A stretch of DNA of 55,831 bases from an uncultured Clostridium sp. (GTDB lineage Bacteria; Bacillota; Clostridia; TANB77; CAG-508). Shown in pieces: positions 10,483-21,224 of the stretch. The first letter of the stretch is position 1. Every line of letters begins with the position of its first letter. The stretch spans positions 1 through 55,831 of the forward strand of contig CAOJFV010000005.1 in assembly GCA_948434985.1 (NCBI GenBank), in the 5' to 3' direction. The notes beneath the pieces were generated by a model. That model was not told the DNA's origin. It ran no database searches and saw only the letters and a list, made by a program, of their open reading frames with translations. A program made the translations under genes and the position numbers.

Positions 10483-12054
10483 TTATTTTTCTTCTTGTTC
10501 CCCTTGTTCTTGAGCTTGTCTATATTTTTCTTTTACTTTTTCTAAGTCAAATCTTTTAGCATCTGCTTCTTGCATACTAGATAATAACATTCTGTCTTCT
10601 TCATTTTCTTTTTTATGTACTACTCTATTTCTTTCAATAGCAGCTCTTGCTTCATCCGTTAAGTCATTTTCTACAAACCTTCTATACTTTGAATGTAATA
10701 TAGCTAAATATTCTTGATCTGTATGTGTTTCTATTCCTTTATATATATCCTTTGCACGTAATTTTGCAATTTGTTGTGCTATCTCACCTTGTTTACGTTC
10801 TTCTATCTCATGTTCTGTAATTGGATCAATGCCATATCCTATGCCCTTAACTGTTCTTTCTCTAATTAATCTCATATATGTTTCATAACATTTTTTATTT
10901 GTAAATGTATTTATATAATTTATTACTTGTTGAATTAGAGTGTCCTCCTCACATTTAGTTAAATCAAATGATAATACTCTTTTGTTTTCATTTTCTGATT
11001 TTATTGGATAAGTATATGAAAGTGATTTAGTAGGAATCTTTTCTGGATTTCTATAATAATATTCTAACAACCTCTTATATATTAGTTGTTGTCTTTCTTT
11101 ATTATCTCCTGTTAGTAATCCTCTTTTTCCATCTTCGCCTATAAAATAAACAATATTCTCATATTTTTTTCTTAATCGCTTACATTTCTTTAATGCTTCA
11201 TTATCATCATCAATTCTTCCTTTTCGAACTGCTTCATTTGCCAAATCTTCAACTATTTCGTTAATTCTTTCTCCAGAAGTTTTTTTATCATAAGCTTGTA
11301 AGTCTTCTTCGCCTTCTTTAAATACTATATAGTTTCTAATTTCATCATAATCTTTATTTCTATATTCTATCTTATCAGTTTGTCTTACTATTTGTGATAT
11401 TAAATCATTAGGAACTTCTGGAACCCTACTAATGCTATGTGCTAGAATTCCAGTTATCATTCTTTTAGTATTAATTTTATCAAATGCTCCTGGATTTTGT
11501 TCAACTATTTTCCAAAATTCCATAGCACTTTGTTCATTATGCTCAAAACTTAACTTTCCTTTAAATCCTTCTGTATGTCCTTGTTGTTCTTCATATTCTA
11601 CGCCAAAATATTTCACCCTATCTTGTATTATTTTGGTTATTGCTTCTTCATCTGTAATAGATTGCATAAATTCGTTAAGCGCCGCTTCCCCATTATGTCC
11701 AAATGGTGTATGTCCTAAATCATGTGCTAATGCTACAATTTCTGCCTCCAACTCAGCTTTTTGCTTATTTAATTTGTATATTTCTGTCTTAGAGATTGCT
11801 TCAATAGAACACAAATCATAAATTCTACCTATTATTCTTTTAGCTATTTTTGATACATTCTTTGTATGATCTAATCTAGACCTTACTTCAATATCTATTT
11901 TCTTATATATCATCTGAGTCTTTCCATCTAATAAATTATATACTGGTGATGATATAACTGCTTTTTTTAGATTTCTTAATTGTTTTATTTGTTCCTTTAA
12001 AACATCAATATTTTCTTCTAATTCAATACTTAATTTATCTTTATATATTATCAT
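10483..12054 (-). CDS. HD-domain dGTP triphosphohydrolase-like protein with long C-terminal extension
   Basis: KTQ, RSRLDH, HDLGHTPFGHNGE and FEHNEQS motifs of the Dgt family. Confidence 0.75.
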   Translation of the reverse strand: MIIYKDKLSIELEENIDVLKEQIKQLRNLKKAVISSPVYNLLDGKTQMIYKKIDIEVRSRLDHTKNVSKIAKRIIGRIYDLCSIEAISKTEIYKLNKQKAELEAEIVALAHDLGHTPFGHNGEAALNEFMQSITDEEAITKIIQDRVKYFGVEYEEQQGHTEGFKGKLSFEHNEQSAMEFWKIVEQNPGAFDKINTKRMITGILAHSISRVPEVPNDLISQIVRQTDKIEYRNKDYDEIRNYIVFKEGEEDLQAYDKKTSGERINEIVEDLANEAVRKGRIDDDNEALKKCKRLRKKYENIVYFIGEDGKRGLLTGDNKERQQLIYKRLLEYYYRNPEKIPTKSLSYTYPIKSENENKRVLSFDLTKCEEDTLIQQVINYINTFTNKKCYETYMRLIRERTVKGIGYGIDPITEHEIEERKQGEIAQQIAKLRAKDIYKGIETHTDQEYLAILHSKYRRFVENDLTDEARAAIERNRVVHKKENEEDRMLLSSMQEADAKRFDLEKVKEKYRQAQEQGEQEEK

Positions 12055-12299
12055 AGAATCCCTCCATTTACATAACTACTTATATTTTACCATTTTTTGT
12101 ATATTTATGCAACCTCTCTGTAAATAAAGTTTTTTTATCATTTCACTTGTATATCCTACATTTTTATGTTATAGTTATTTATGGTCTTTAAAAAGACTAT
12201 GATTTTAATTAATTTCAGACTATTTCCTTCTTTTTAGAATGGTTCAATGTGTCAAAAAACTGGTTAATTTCAAATATCTAAGAAGGAGGTCCTATAAAA

Positions 12300-12470
12300 A
12301 TGGAAGAATTACAAGACAAAACTTTAGTATGTAAAGATTGTGGTGCTGAATTTGTTTTTACAGCTGGTGAACAACAATTTTATGCTGAAAAAGGATTTAC
12401 AAACGAACCACAAAGATGTCCAGCTTGTAGAAAAGCTAGAAAACAACAAAGAAATAACTTTAATAACTAA
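12300..12470 (+). CDS. Small zinc-ribbon protein (zf-trcl-like), 56 aa, absent from the ORF track
   Basis: AGGAGG RBS; MEELQDKTLVCKDCGAEFVFTAGEQQFYAEKGFTNEPQRCPACRKARK. Confidence 0.9.
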   Translation: MEELQDKTLVCKDCGAEFVFTAGEQQFYAEKGFTNEPQRCPACRKARKQQRNNFNN

Positions 12471-12474
12471 GAAG

Positions 12475-12508
12475 AAAACCAACTCAAAAAAATGAGTTGG
12501 TTTTTTTC
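12475..12508. terminator. Bidirectional terminator
   Basis: AAAACCAACTCA / TGAGTTGGTTTT between convergent genes. Confidence 0.8.
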
Positions 12509-12535
12509 TTAGTTACTAACTTTAAAAACTAACAT

Positions 12536-12805
12536 TTATCCTACAAAATGTTCTTTTTCATGGCTATACTTTAACTTGGTTGCCATTCCTCCTCTAATGT
12601 GTCTTTCTGCTTTGTTTTCATCTAGTATTTTTCTTACTTCTATTGCAAGAATAGGGTTTATCTTTTGTAATCTTTCAGATACATCTTTGTGTACTGTACT
12701 TTTACTAATTCCAAACTTTTTAGCTGCTCCTCTTACTGTATCTCCACTATCTATTATATAATGTGCTAAATTTACTGCACGCTCTTCTATGTACACCTTA
12801 CCCAA
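12536..12805 (-). CDS. spoIIID: Sporulation transcriptional regulator SpoIIID
   Basis: YIEERA...TVRGAAKKFGISKSTVHKDVSERL...RHIRGGMATKLKY. Confidence 0.97.
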   Translation of the reverse strand: MGKVYIEERAVNLAHYIIDSGDTVRGAAKKFGISKSTVHKDVSERLQKINPILAIEVRKILDENKAERHIRGGMATKLKYSHEKEHFVG

Positions 12806-12980
12806 AAAAGACCCCCCTTATACTGAATACGCTGTTTTGTACATTGTATTCATATATGGGTTGTATTAGAACTTTTCTTTTTTAATAATCCTCTATTTAT
12901 ACTGTATTGACAAAACATATTAGCTAAATTATAATGCTATTATAATTTGATCAATCTTTTTAGATTAGAGAGGGATTTTT

Positions 12981-14414
12981 ATGAATAATAAATTGGAATT
13001 AGTTGCAGATTTTTATGAATTTACAATGTCAAATGGATTCTTTGTAAAAAATATGAATAATAAGATTGCATATTTTGATGTATTTTTTAGGAAAATACCT
13101 GATAATGGAGGCTATGTTATAGTAGCTGGATTAGAACAAGTTATTGATTATATCAAAAATTTAAAATTTGATAATGAAGATATTGATTATTTAAGAAAAC
13201 AAAATAAATTCTCAGAAGATTTCTTAAATTATTTAAAAGATTTTAAATTTACAGGTGATATATGGGCGATACCAGAAGGTACTATTGTATTTCCTAATGA
13301 ACCTTTAATTACAGTTAGAGCTCCATTAGTTGAAGCACAAATATTAGAAACAATGCTTTTACTTACTATTAATCATCAAAGTTTAATTGCAACTAAAACC
13401 TGTAGAATTGTAAACGCTGCCAAAAATATTCCTATTATGGAATTTGGAGCAAGACGTGCACATGGAATTAATGCTGCTGTTTTTGGTGCTAGAGCTTCTA
13501 TTATAGGTGGAGCTGTTGGTACTTCTTGTACTCTTTCTGCTAAAGAATTTGATGTTCACTCAAGCGGAACTATGGCACATAGTTGGGTTCAAAGTTTTGA
13601 TAGTGAATATGAAGCTTTCAAAACCTATGCTGAATTATATCCTAATGATTGCACTCTTTTAATAGATACTTATAACACTATTGAAAGTGGTTTGCCTAAT
13701 GCCATTAAAGTTTTTGATGATGTTTTAAGGCCACTCGGAATTAGACCAAAAGCTGTAAGATTAGATAGTGGAGATTTAGCTTATCTTTCTAAGAAAGTAA
13801 GAAAAATATTAGATGAAAATGGTTACCCAGATTGCAAAATTTGTGCTACAAATTCTTTAGACGAGTATTTAATTACTTCTTTATTAAAGCAAGGAGCAAA
13901 GATAGATAGTTTTGGAGTTGGTGAAAATTTAATTACCGCTAAAAGTGAGCCCGTGTTTGGTGGTGTTTACAAATTAGTAGCAATTGAGGAAGATAACGTT
14001 ATTAGACCAAAAATTAAAATAAGCGAAAATTCTATAAAGGTAACTAATCCCAGTTTCAAAAAAGTTTATCGTTTTTATGATAAGGATAATAATAAGGCTT
14101 TAGCTGATGTTATTACTTTATATGACGAAGTAATTCCAAATGATAGTTATACAATATTTGATCCTCAAGACCCTTGGAAAAAGAAAACTCTTACAAACTA
14201 TGTTGTACGACCTCTTCAAGAGCAAATTTTTGAAAATGGGAAACTAATATATAAAACACCTTGTTTAAAAGAAATTGCACAATATGCAAAAACAGAATTA
14301 GATACAATGTGGGATGAAATTAAGAGATTAGAAAATCCACATGAATACTATGTAGATTTATCAGAAAATCTTTGGAATTTAAAACACGATATGTTAAATA
14401 ATATTAAACAATAA
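12981..14414 (+). CDS. pncB: Nicotinate phosphoribosyltransferase
   Basis: DFYEFTM, EFGARRAHG, GTMAHSW, RLDSGDL, FGGVYKL. Confidence 0.96.
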   Translation: MNNKLELVADFYEFTMSNGFFVKNMNNKIAYFDVFFRKIPDNGGYVIVAGLEQVIDYIKNLKFDNEDIDYLRKQNKFSEDFLNYLKDFKFTGDIWAIPEGTIVFPNEPLITVRAPLVEAQILETMLLLTINHQSLIATKTCRIVNAAKNIPIMEFGARRAHGINAAVFGARASIIGGAVGTSCTLSAKEFDVHSSGTMAHSWVQSFDSEYEAFKTYAELYPNDCTLLIDTYNTIESGLPNAIKVFDDVLRPLGIRPKAVRLDSGDLAYLSKKVRKILDENGYPDCKICATNSLDEYLITSLLKQGAKIDSFGVGENLITAKSEPVFGGVYKLVAIEEDNVIRPKIKISENSIKVTNPSFKKVYRFYDKDNNKALADVITLYDEVIPNDSYTIFDPQDPWKKKTLTNYVVRPLQEQIFENGKLIYKTPCLKEIAQYAKTELDTMWDEIKRLENPHEYYVDLSENLWNLKHDMLNNIKQ

Positions 14415-14420
14415 AATACT

Positions 14421-14462
14421 AATATATAAGAGGTTGTAGCATTTTACAACCTCTTATATATT
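14421..14462. terminator. Bidirectional terminator overlapping the nadE 3' end
   Basis: AATATATAAGAGGTTGTA / TACAACCTCTTATATATT. Confidence 0.75.
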
Positions 14463-15188
14463 GGTATTGGATTTCTTTTATGTTCAGATAATTTTTCTTT
14501 TTTCTTTATTATTTCTAATGCTCTTTCTTCTGTTTTTCCTGTTTCTAAATATTCTGCTATTTGTGCATATGTTACTCCCATTTTTTCTTCATCAGTTTGT
14601 CCACCTAATCCATCATTAGGTGCTTTATTAATTATTTTCTCTGGTACTCCTAGGTGTTTTCCTATTTGTAATACTTCTTCTACTGTAAACTCTCCTATTG
14701 GATTAAAATCACTTGCACTATCTCCCCATTTTGTTGTATACCCTACTACTCTTTCACATTTATTTCCTGTTCCAGCTACTAAATAATTCAAATTTTGTGC
14801 TATATAGTATAAAGTTGTCATTCTTAATCGTGGTTTTGCATTTACTTTAGCTTCTCTTGCTCTCCATTCTTCTTTTGGTACTACTACTTTATCTATTTCC
14901 CTTTCTAAAGTATTATATGTTCCGTGTTAAATCAACTTTTAATAATGGTACATCAAATGTATCTGATACTAATTTTGCATCTTCTATATCAGCATTTATA
15001 CTGTTGCATGGCATTGCTACTGTTATAATTTTGTCTTTTCCTAATGCTTTTTCCATTAATGCGATTACTGTCGCAGAATCTTTACCTCCACTATTCCCAA
15101 CAACAACACCTTCTGCTTTTGTTTCTTCTACATATGCTTTTATCCATTTGGTAATTTCATCTACTTCTTTTTGTATGTCTTTTATCAT
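14444..15188 (-). CDS. nadE: NH3-dependent NAD+ synthetase; full length requires CGGA at 14921-14924 read as Gly
   Basis: SGGKDS before the site; NAKPRLRM, GTGN, GYTTKWGD and TDEEKMG after it; joined product 247 aa. Confidence 0.93.
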
Positions 15189-15201
15189 ATAATCCCTTCC
15201 A

Positions 15202-15813
15202 TTACATATATAATTTATTTTCATTTATATATTCACATATCTCATCTGGTAGTACATATCTTATATTCTTTTGTTTCTTTATTTGTGAACGTATATAGCT
15301 TGAACTAATATTACTTTTTATTTTTTCATCTAGCTTACTTATATTTTCTTTATACATTTTTAATAGTTCACTTTTATTTATTATATCTTCTATTATATCT
15401 TCATTTCTTTCCATTACAAGAATTTTATATTTAGAAAGTAATTCCTCTGCTTTTTTCCATGTATGAAGTTCTTTTAAGTTATCACTTCCTATTAAAAACC
15501 ATATCTCTTTATTAGGAAATTGTTTTTCTGTTTCTATTAACGTTTCTATTGTATATAGAGAACGTTCTCCATTCATATCAATATCAGATAGTATAAAATC
15601 ACTGTTTTTCTCTATTACTAATTTTAACATATTATATCTATGTTTATTTTCTTCTAATCCGTCTTTTTCATATTTCTTATTTACAGGAATAAAAACTACT
15701 TTTTCCACTTCTTCATATTGATTTAAAACTTGTTCAGCAATTGAAAAGTGAGAATTATGTGGTGGATTAAATGAACCTCCAAACACTACTATACAATTCT
15801 TTTCTTTCATCAT
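15202..15813 (-). CDS. nadD: Nicotinate-nucleotide adenylyltransferase
   Basis: FGGSFNPPHNSH, LIGSDNL, ISSSYIR. Confidence 0.93.
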   Translation of the reverse strand: MMKEKNCIVVFGGSFNPPHNSHFSIAEQVLNQYEEVEKVVFIPVNKKYEKDGLEENKHRYNMLKLVIEKNSDFILSDIDMNGERSLYTIETLIETEKQFPNKEIWFLIGSDNLKELHTWKKAEELLSKYKILVMERNEDIIEDIINKSELLKMYKENISKLDEKIKSNISSSYIRSQIKKQKNIRYVLPDEICEYINENKLYM

Positions 15814-15855
15814 TTTCTCACTTCCCTATCTACATATATCTTAATTAATATATAT

Positions 15856-17025
15856 TTATTTTTCTAAAATTACATTTGCTAAATTTTCTAAGTCTTTTTT
15901 AGATGTATCATTCATTTTTGATTTTATTGTTACAAGTGGTTCGCAAATTTTTAAATCTTTCATTTGCTCTAATATATTTTTCATACATTTTCCAGCACTT
16001 GGTGCCCAGCTTCCATTTTCTATTATTCCTACTTTACGATTTTGATAATTTTTTCCTTGTAAAGCGTGTAATAATTCTTGCATTGGTGGAAATACTCCTG
16101 CATTATAGCTTGAAGCTGCAAATATGACTTTATCATAACGAAATGCTTTTTCTATTGCTTCTGCCATATCGTCTCTTGTAAGATCTGCTAACACTACTTT
16201 TTTTGCACCTTTTTCTTCTAAAATTTTTGCAATATATTCTACTGCTTGTCTAGTATTTCCATAAATCGATGCATATGCTATAAACACCCCATCATCTTCT
16301 GGTATATAACTACTCCAAATATTATATTTTTCTATATAATATCCTAAATTTTCTTTTAAGATTGGTCCGTGTAATGGACATATCATTTTTATATCTAAAC
16401 TTGATGCTTTCTTTAGTAAGCTTTGTACTGGCGCTCCATACTTTCCTACTATATTAAAATAATATCTACGTGCTTCTTCTAACCATTCTTCCTCTACATC
16501 AAGTGCTCCAAATTTTCCAAATCCATCTGCTGAAAACAATATTTTTTCAGTTTGTTCATATGTTACCATTACTTCTGGCCAATGTACCATTGGCGCCATA
16601 AAAAATTGTAATGTATGTTTACCTATATTTAATGTGTCCGCTTCTTTAACTACTACTTTTCTTTCTTCTAAGTTTTCTATATCGAAAAATTGATTTATAA
16701 ATGTAAATGTTTTTTCATTTCCTACTATCTTCATTTCAGGATATTTACCTGCAAGTAACCCTATATTGAAAGCATGGTCTGGTTCCATATGTGATACTAC
16801 TAAGTAATCTACTTTTTCTCCTTGTAGTTCTTCTTCTAGTTTTTTTATCCATTCATCTGTTTTTCTTCTATCTATTGTATCCATTACTACATTTTTTTCG
16901 TCCCTTATAAGATAAGAATTGTATGAAATACCATTTGGTACTACATATTGACTTTCAAATAAATCTATTGTTTTGTCGTCTGCTCCAATATATTTTACTG
17001 AATCTGTAACTATAATATCTTTCAT
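15856..17025 (-). CDS. fprA: FprA-family flavodiiron protein
   Basis: SHMEPDH, VHWPE, FSADGFG, PLHG, then flavodoxin SIYGNT. Confidence 0.93.
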   Translation of the reverse strand: MKDIIVTDSVKYIGADDKTIDLFESQYVVPNGISYNSYLIRDEKNVVMDTIDRRKTDEWIKKLEEELQGEKVDYLVVSHMEPDHAFNIGLLAGKYPEMKIVGNEKTFTFINQFFDIENLEERKVVVKEADTLNIGKHTLQFFMAPMVHWPEVMVTYEQTEKILFSADGFGKFGALDVEEEWLEEARRYYFNIVGKYGAPVQSLLKKASSLDIKMICPLHGPILKENLGYYIEKYNIWSSYIPEDDGVFIAYASIYGNTRQAVEYIAKILEEKGAKKVVLADLTRDDMAEAIEKAFRYDKVIFAASSYNAGVFPPMQELLHALQGKNYQNRKVGIIENGSWAPSAGKCMKNILEQMKDLKICEPLVTIKSKMNDTSKKDLENLANVILEK

Positions 17026-17075
17026 ATTTTTCTTATATGAATATTTTTATATTCATATCTCCTTTCTTACTTATT

Positions 17076-18075
17076 TTATACGACATACATTATATCATTA
17101 TTCTTAAAATATTTCATCATTTCTTCTCTTAAAAATTTTTCTCCTTCTTCTCTTATATAGTCCTTGTACATATACTTTCCCTTTCCTCTTCCTGTCATTA
17201 ATTCTTTATTAAATAAATCTATTGCATTTGGGAAAGCTTCAGTGTTTATAGCTCTATGAACATAGCTATAAGTCATAAATATTATTTCAAAAAATACTGT
17301 TTTTTTTACTTTTTCGCTTAAATTCTCATATAAGTATTTTATTAAATCGGAATATAAACTCTTCCAATTTTCTACTAATATTACTGGTGCAATTAAAATT
17401 CCTAACTTATATCCCGCTTCTCCAAGCTTATTAATAGCTTCTACTCTATTTTTTAGTCTAGACGTTCCAAATTCAACCTTATTTATTATTTCTTCAGGGT
17501 TTACACTCATTCTTATTACTATTTTACCATTATGATTTAATGGTAAAATATCATTTACCATATCAAATTTTGTTGGAAAAGTTAGTGTCCCTTTATTTGT
17601 ATTTGCAAAATTTTCAATTGTCCATACTAAGTTACTTGTAATAGTATTTTCTAATACAAGGTCACTATTACTTCCTATTTCAAAAGTAAGATTTTTATCA
17701 GCTTTTTCAGCTGTTTTTATTATCTTATCTAGCATTTCTTCTCTATTTACAAAAAGTCTTAAATACGCACATTTATTATAATTACATACTAAATAACAAT
17801 ACATACACATAGCAGTACATCCGTGATGAAGTGTATGGAACTAAGAAATCTGATGTTTTATGGTTTTCTACAAATTTATGAGTTTTTCTTGTTCCAATTA
17901 TTAAATTTCTTTTCATATCTGGAAATTCTACGTTTTGCTTTTTTCTCATTTCTTCAATGTTGTTATGGTTTTCAATAGTAATTCTTGGAACATCACTATA
18001 CTTTTCTAATAATTCTCTCCCCAGCACATAATTTTCAATATCCTTTTCACAATATATAGCTTTTGGTTTAAACAT
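17076..18075 (-). CDS. splB: Spore photoproduct lyase; full length requires CGGA at 17820-17823 read as Gly
   Basis: DFLVPYTSS-[CGGA]-CTAMCMYCYLVCN restores the radical SAM CxxxCxxC; GAGGTG RBS before ATG 18075. Confidence 0.92.
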
Positions 18076-18184
18076 TTCATTCACCTCAAAAACTATGTTG
18101 TTCATTTTTGTTTAATTTATTCTATTGATTTAAAACTTAAGAAATGGCAGACTAGATCCGCCTGCCTCTAAAATTATTAATTTT

Positions 18185-18865
18185 TTAATCAATAGTAGTA
18201 GAAGTTCTACCTGTTCCTACTACATTTTCTTGTAGTGATCTCCATGTATTACAACCTATTATTCCATCTACACTTAATCCTCTACTTGCTTGGTAATTTC
18301 TTACTGCTATACGAGTTTGATTACCAAATATTCCATCAAGTCCTCCTGTTCCATATCCTAAAGTATTTAAATCATCTTGAGCAATTAGAACATACACACT
18401 TAAGCTTCCTTGTTTTAATGTTGGATATCCTCCTGAAGAACATGCTGGTGGACTTTGTCTTCTATCAAAATGTACCCAAGTAGGTGATATGCTAACTGGT
18501 TCAACATAGCTCCACAAGCCAGAATTTTCTGCACTATATCGTAAGCTTGCTCTTTTTTGATTAGTCCACATTTGTCCAACATCAAAAGCTGTTCCTGCAT
18601 AATGTTGTGACTGATTACCATGTCCACCTTCCCATGGTCTTTTAAAAGCATATCCAACTGGAATACTAGTTCCAAATATAAATCTTTGAGTATTCCAAGA
18701 TGTCATTGTTCTTTTAGTAGTCCAAAGTGTATTACTATTACTTGATCCTCTAAATTCTTTTACAGTTAGTGTTCTATTTGTATTATATGGCATACTTTCA
18801 GAAAGTCCCCTATAATACGTTTCCATTCTATCTGTATCATTGTTATATACTATTATTTTAGCCAT
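18185..18865 (-). CDS. Peptidase M15-type domain plus peptidoglycan-binding domain protein
   Basis: SQHYAGTAFD and WVHFD zinc motifs; DGIFG...VDGIIG PG-binding repeat. Confidence 0.8.
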   Translation of the reverse strand: MAKIIVYNNDTDRMETYYRGLSESMPYNTNRTLTVKEFRGSSNSNTLWTTKRTMTSWNTQRFIFGTSIPVGYAFKRPWEGGHGNQSQHYAGTAFDVGQMWTNQKRASLRYSAENSGLWSYVEPVSISPTWVHFDRRQSPPACSSGGYPTLKQGSLSVYVLIAQDDLNTLGYGTGGLDGIFGNQTRIAVRNYQASRGLSVDGIIGCNTWRSLQENVVGTGRTSTTID

Positions 18866-18971
18866 AATAAACCTCCTATTACTATTTTATGAGATCTAAT
18901 TATGGCTTGTGACTTATTTGTTTTTTATTGTTATTTTATAACAAATATTATCTATTTTATATCCCTGTTCT

Positions 18972-19404
18972 TTAATTTCGCCTTTTATACCATTTTTGCT
19001 GTTTTTTTGATATATTACTTGATATAAAGTCAAATATATTAGTTGGTGTTTCTACTATTTTTTTATATCTTTTTTCAACTTCTATAAAGTATTGTCTTAT
19101 TCTTCTTCCATTTTCATTATTCTCTATCATAGATATTTCTTTTCCGAGTATCTATTGTTAAATAATAGTCTATTTGAGGTCTTTCTAAATTTCCAACCTT
19201 CGTAAAATTACGAACCTTAATAAAATCTCTATTTTCAATAAATTTATATTTTTCAATTCTTTTCTTTATCCAGTCAGCATATTTCGTTTTTGTTTCTTCT
19301 CCTCTTAAAAAAACAAATAATTCTCTCGCATTAATTAATTTTTCTCCGCCATCTTTTTCGTAAATAGGCACCACTTCATCTTCTACTAATTTTAATTCAT
19401 CCAT
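18972..19404 (-). CDS. AntA/AntB antirepressor-family protein; extended by CGGA at 19143-19146 read as Gly
   Basis: INARELF...WIKKRIEKYKF...DYYLTIDT-[CGGA]-KEISMIENNENGRRIRQYFIEVEKRY; C-terminus may be degenerate. Confidence 0.75.
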
Positions 19405-19665
19405 AGGCATATTTCCTTTCATATTTAATTTTACTTATTTTATTGGATTATATAAAGATTTATAAAACTTACTTTTTGTATTGCTCTAAGTTGTTATTGA
19501 TTTTAAATATAATTCTATTATATTTATTATTTTTACATATGTCAACAGTAGAATAATGAAATTATTGTATAATATTATTTTTACAATTGTTACTAATATG
19601 TGAAATTTTTATATTTCTCCATAAAAATAAGCATTAGTATAAATATACTAACGCTTACCTATTTT

Positions 19666-20589
19666 CTACTTTACATTATTCTTTAACCAATCTAATATAA
19701 AATAATACACTTCATCTTTATTAATTTCGTTTAACATCTCGTGTCTTCCATCTTTAAATAAGCGAATCTTTACATCATCAAGGCCTGCATTATTTAGCAT
19801 ATTATAAACACGAATAACTCCTTTAGAATTTTCTCCTACTGGATCTTTATCTCCTGAAAATATTAGAATTGGTACATTTAAAGTTTTATTTATATTCTTT
19901 TGTTTTGATAAATAATATGTTCCTTTTAGTAAGTCATAATAAGCTATTGCAGTAAAATTTTTACCACATTTAGGATCCTTCACAAATTTATCAACTTGTT
20001 TATAATCACTTGTTGTCCAATCTGCTTTTGTTCTACTTGGTTTAAATTTTTTATTAAACGAACCTGTTACTAAGTATTCTAATAATTCACTTTTATATCT
20101 TTTTCCTTTAAATAGCATAACAAGTTTTGTAAGTAACATACCTGCAAGTAGCCCAGTTTTTTGACCACTTGTTCCTGAAATTATAGCACCTTTTATATCA
20201 TCTTTATATTTTGTTAAATATGACCTAACTAATAATGATCCCATACTATGTCCCATTATTATATATGGAAGTTCTGGATACTTATTTTTCATTTTATTTT
20301 GAAGTATATGGATATCTTCTACAAGTTTATCCCACCCATTATTATCTGCAAAATATCCAAAATCCTCTTCATTCTCTACAGTATTGCCATGCCCTAAGTG
20401 GTCATGTCCAACTACAATATAACCACATTTTGCAAGAACATTTGCAAAATCATCATATCTTCCAATATGTTCTTGCATACCATGAACAAGCTGAATAACA
20501 GCCTTATATTCTTTTACATTATCATTATTCCACACTCTCGCATACACATCTTTTCCTGTACACGATTTAAACTTAAATTCTTTATTCAT
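19666..20589 (-). CDS. Alpha/beta hydrolase, lysophospholipase-like
   Basis: HGMQEH, DHLGHG, GHSMGS, RHEMLNE. Confidence 0.9.
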   Translation of the reverse strand: MNKEFKFKSCTGKDVYARVWNNDNVKEYKAVIQLVHGMQEHIGRYDDFANVLAKCGYIVVGHDHLGHGNTVENEEDFGYFADNNGWDKLVEDIHILQNKMKNKYPELPYIIMGHSMGSLLVRSYLTKYKDDIKGAIISGTSGQKTGLLAGMLLTKLVMLFKGKRYKSELLEYLVTGSFNKKFKPSRTKADWTTSDYKQVDKFVKDPKCGKNFTAIAYYDLLKGTYYLSKQKNINKTLNVPILIFSGDKDPVGENSKGVIRVYNMLNNAGLDDVKIRLFKDGRHEMLNEINKDEVYYFILDWLKNNVK

Positions 20590-20609
20590 TATTCTTTCCT
20601 TCTCATTTT

Positions 20610-21224
20610 CTAATTATCATACCCTTTTGCTTGTAATGCTATACTCATTTCATCTACTCTTTTGAAGCAACTTGTTAAATATGGTACAAATATACAAAGA
20701 CTGTATTTTTTTATGTTTTTAATTGTTGGATAGTATCCTTTTGCCATTTGTGCTTGTTTTACCTGTATATATTCATTTTTAAGTATTGGCATAAAACTTA
20801 TTCCTATTCCTACCATTAAACTCATATCTTTTGTATTTACACCAAATATTTTTAATGGATATAATAAATTTGTTATACCATATACTATGTCCATTGGTTT
20901 TGTTGTAAGTGTTAGTACTAAAGTAAATATTATCATTATAAATATTCTATAAGATATCATAAATGAATATATAACATCAGAAAACAATAGGTTTATTACA
21001 AATGTTATTACTACAAAATATATTGAATTTACTATTGCTTTTATATAATTTATTAACTTTATTCTTGATAAAAGTAACATAGCTATTGATACTAGCAAAA
21101 CTATATTTAAAGTAAAATAATCTTTTACAGTAAATATATATACAGAAATAGCTATTAGAAAAATAAGTTTTACTGTACTATTTAATTTATGTATTATAGA
21201 TTTTCCTTCTATATAATTTAACAT
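20610..21224 (-). CDS. ecfT: ECF transporter transmembrane component T
   Basis: Hydrophobic; SIIHKL start; AQMAKG and ALQAKG coupling-helix motifs. Confidence 0.85.
   Translation of the reverse strand: MLNYIEGKSIIHKLNSTVKLIFLIAISVYIFTVKDYFTLNIVLLVSIAMLLLSRIKLINYIKAIVNSIYFVVITFVINLLFSDVIYSFMISYRIFIMIIFTLVLTLTTKPMDIVYGITNLLYPLKIFGVNTKDMSLMVGIGISFMPILKNEYIQVKQAQMAKGYYPTIKNIKKYSLCIFVPYLTSCFKRVDEMSIALQAKGYDN

Noticed and set aside
18972-19422. Prophage
   Set aside because: Only an antirepressor-like gene; no integrase, structural or replication genes nearby.
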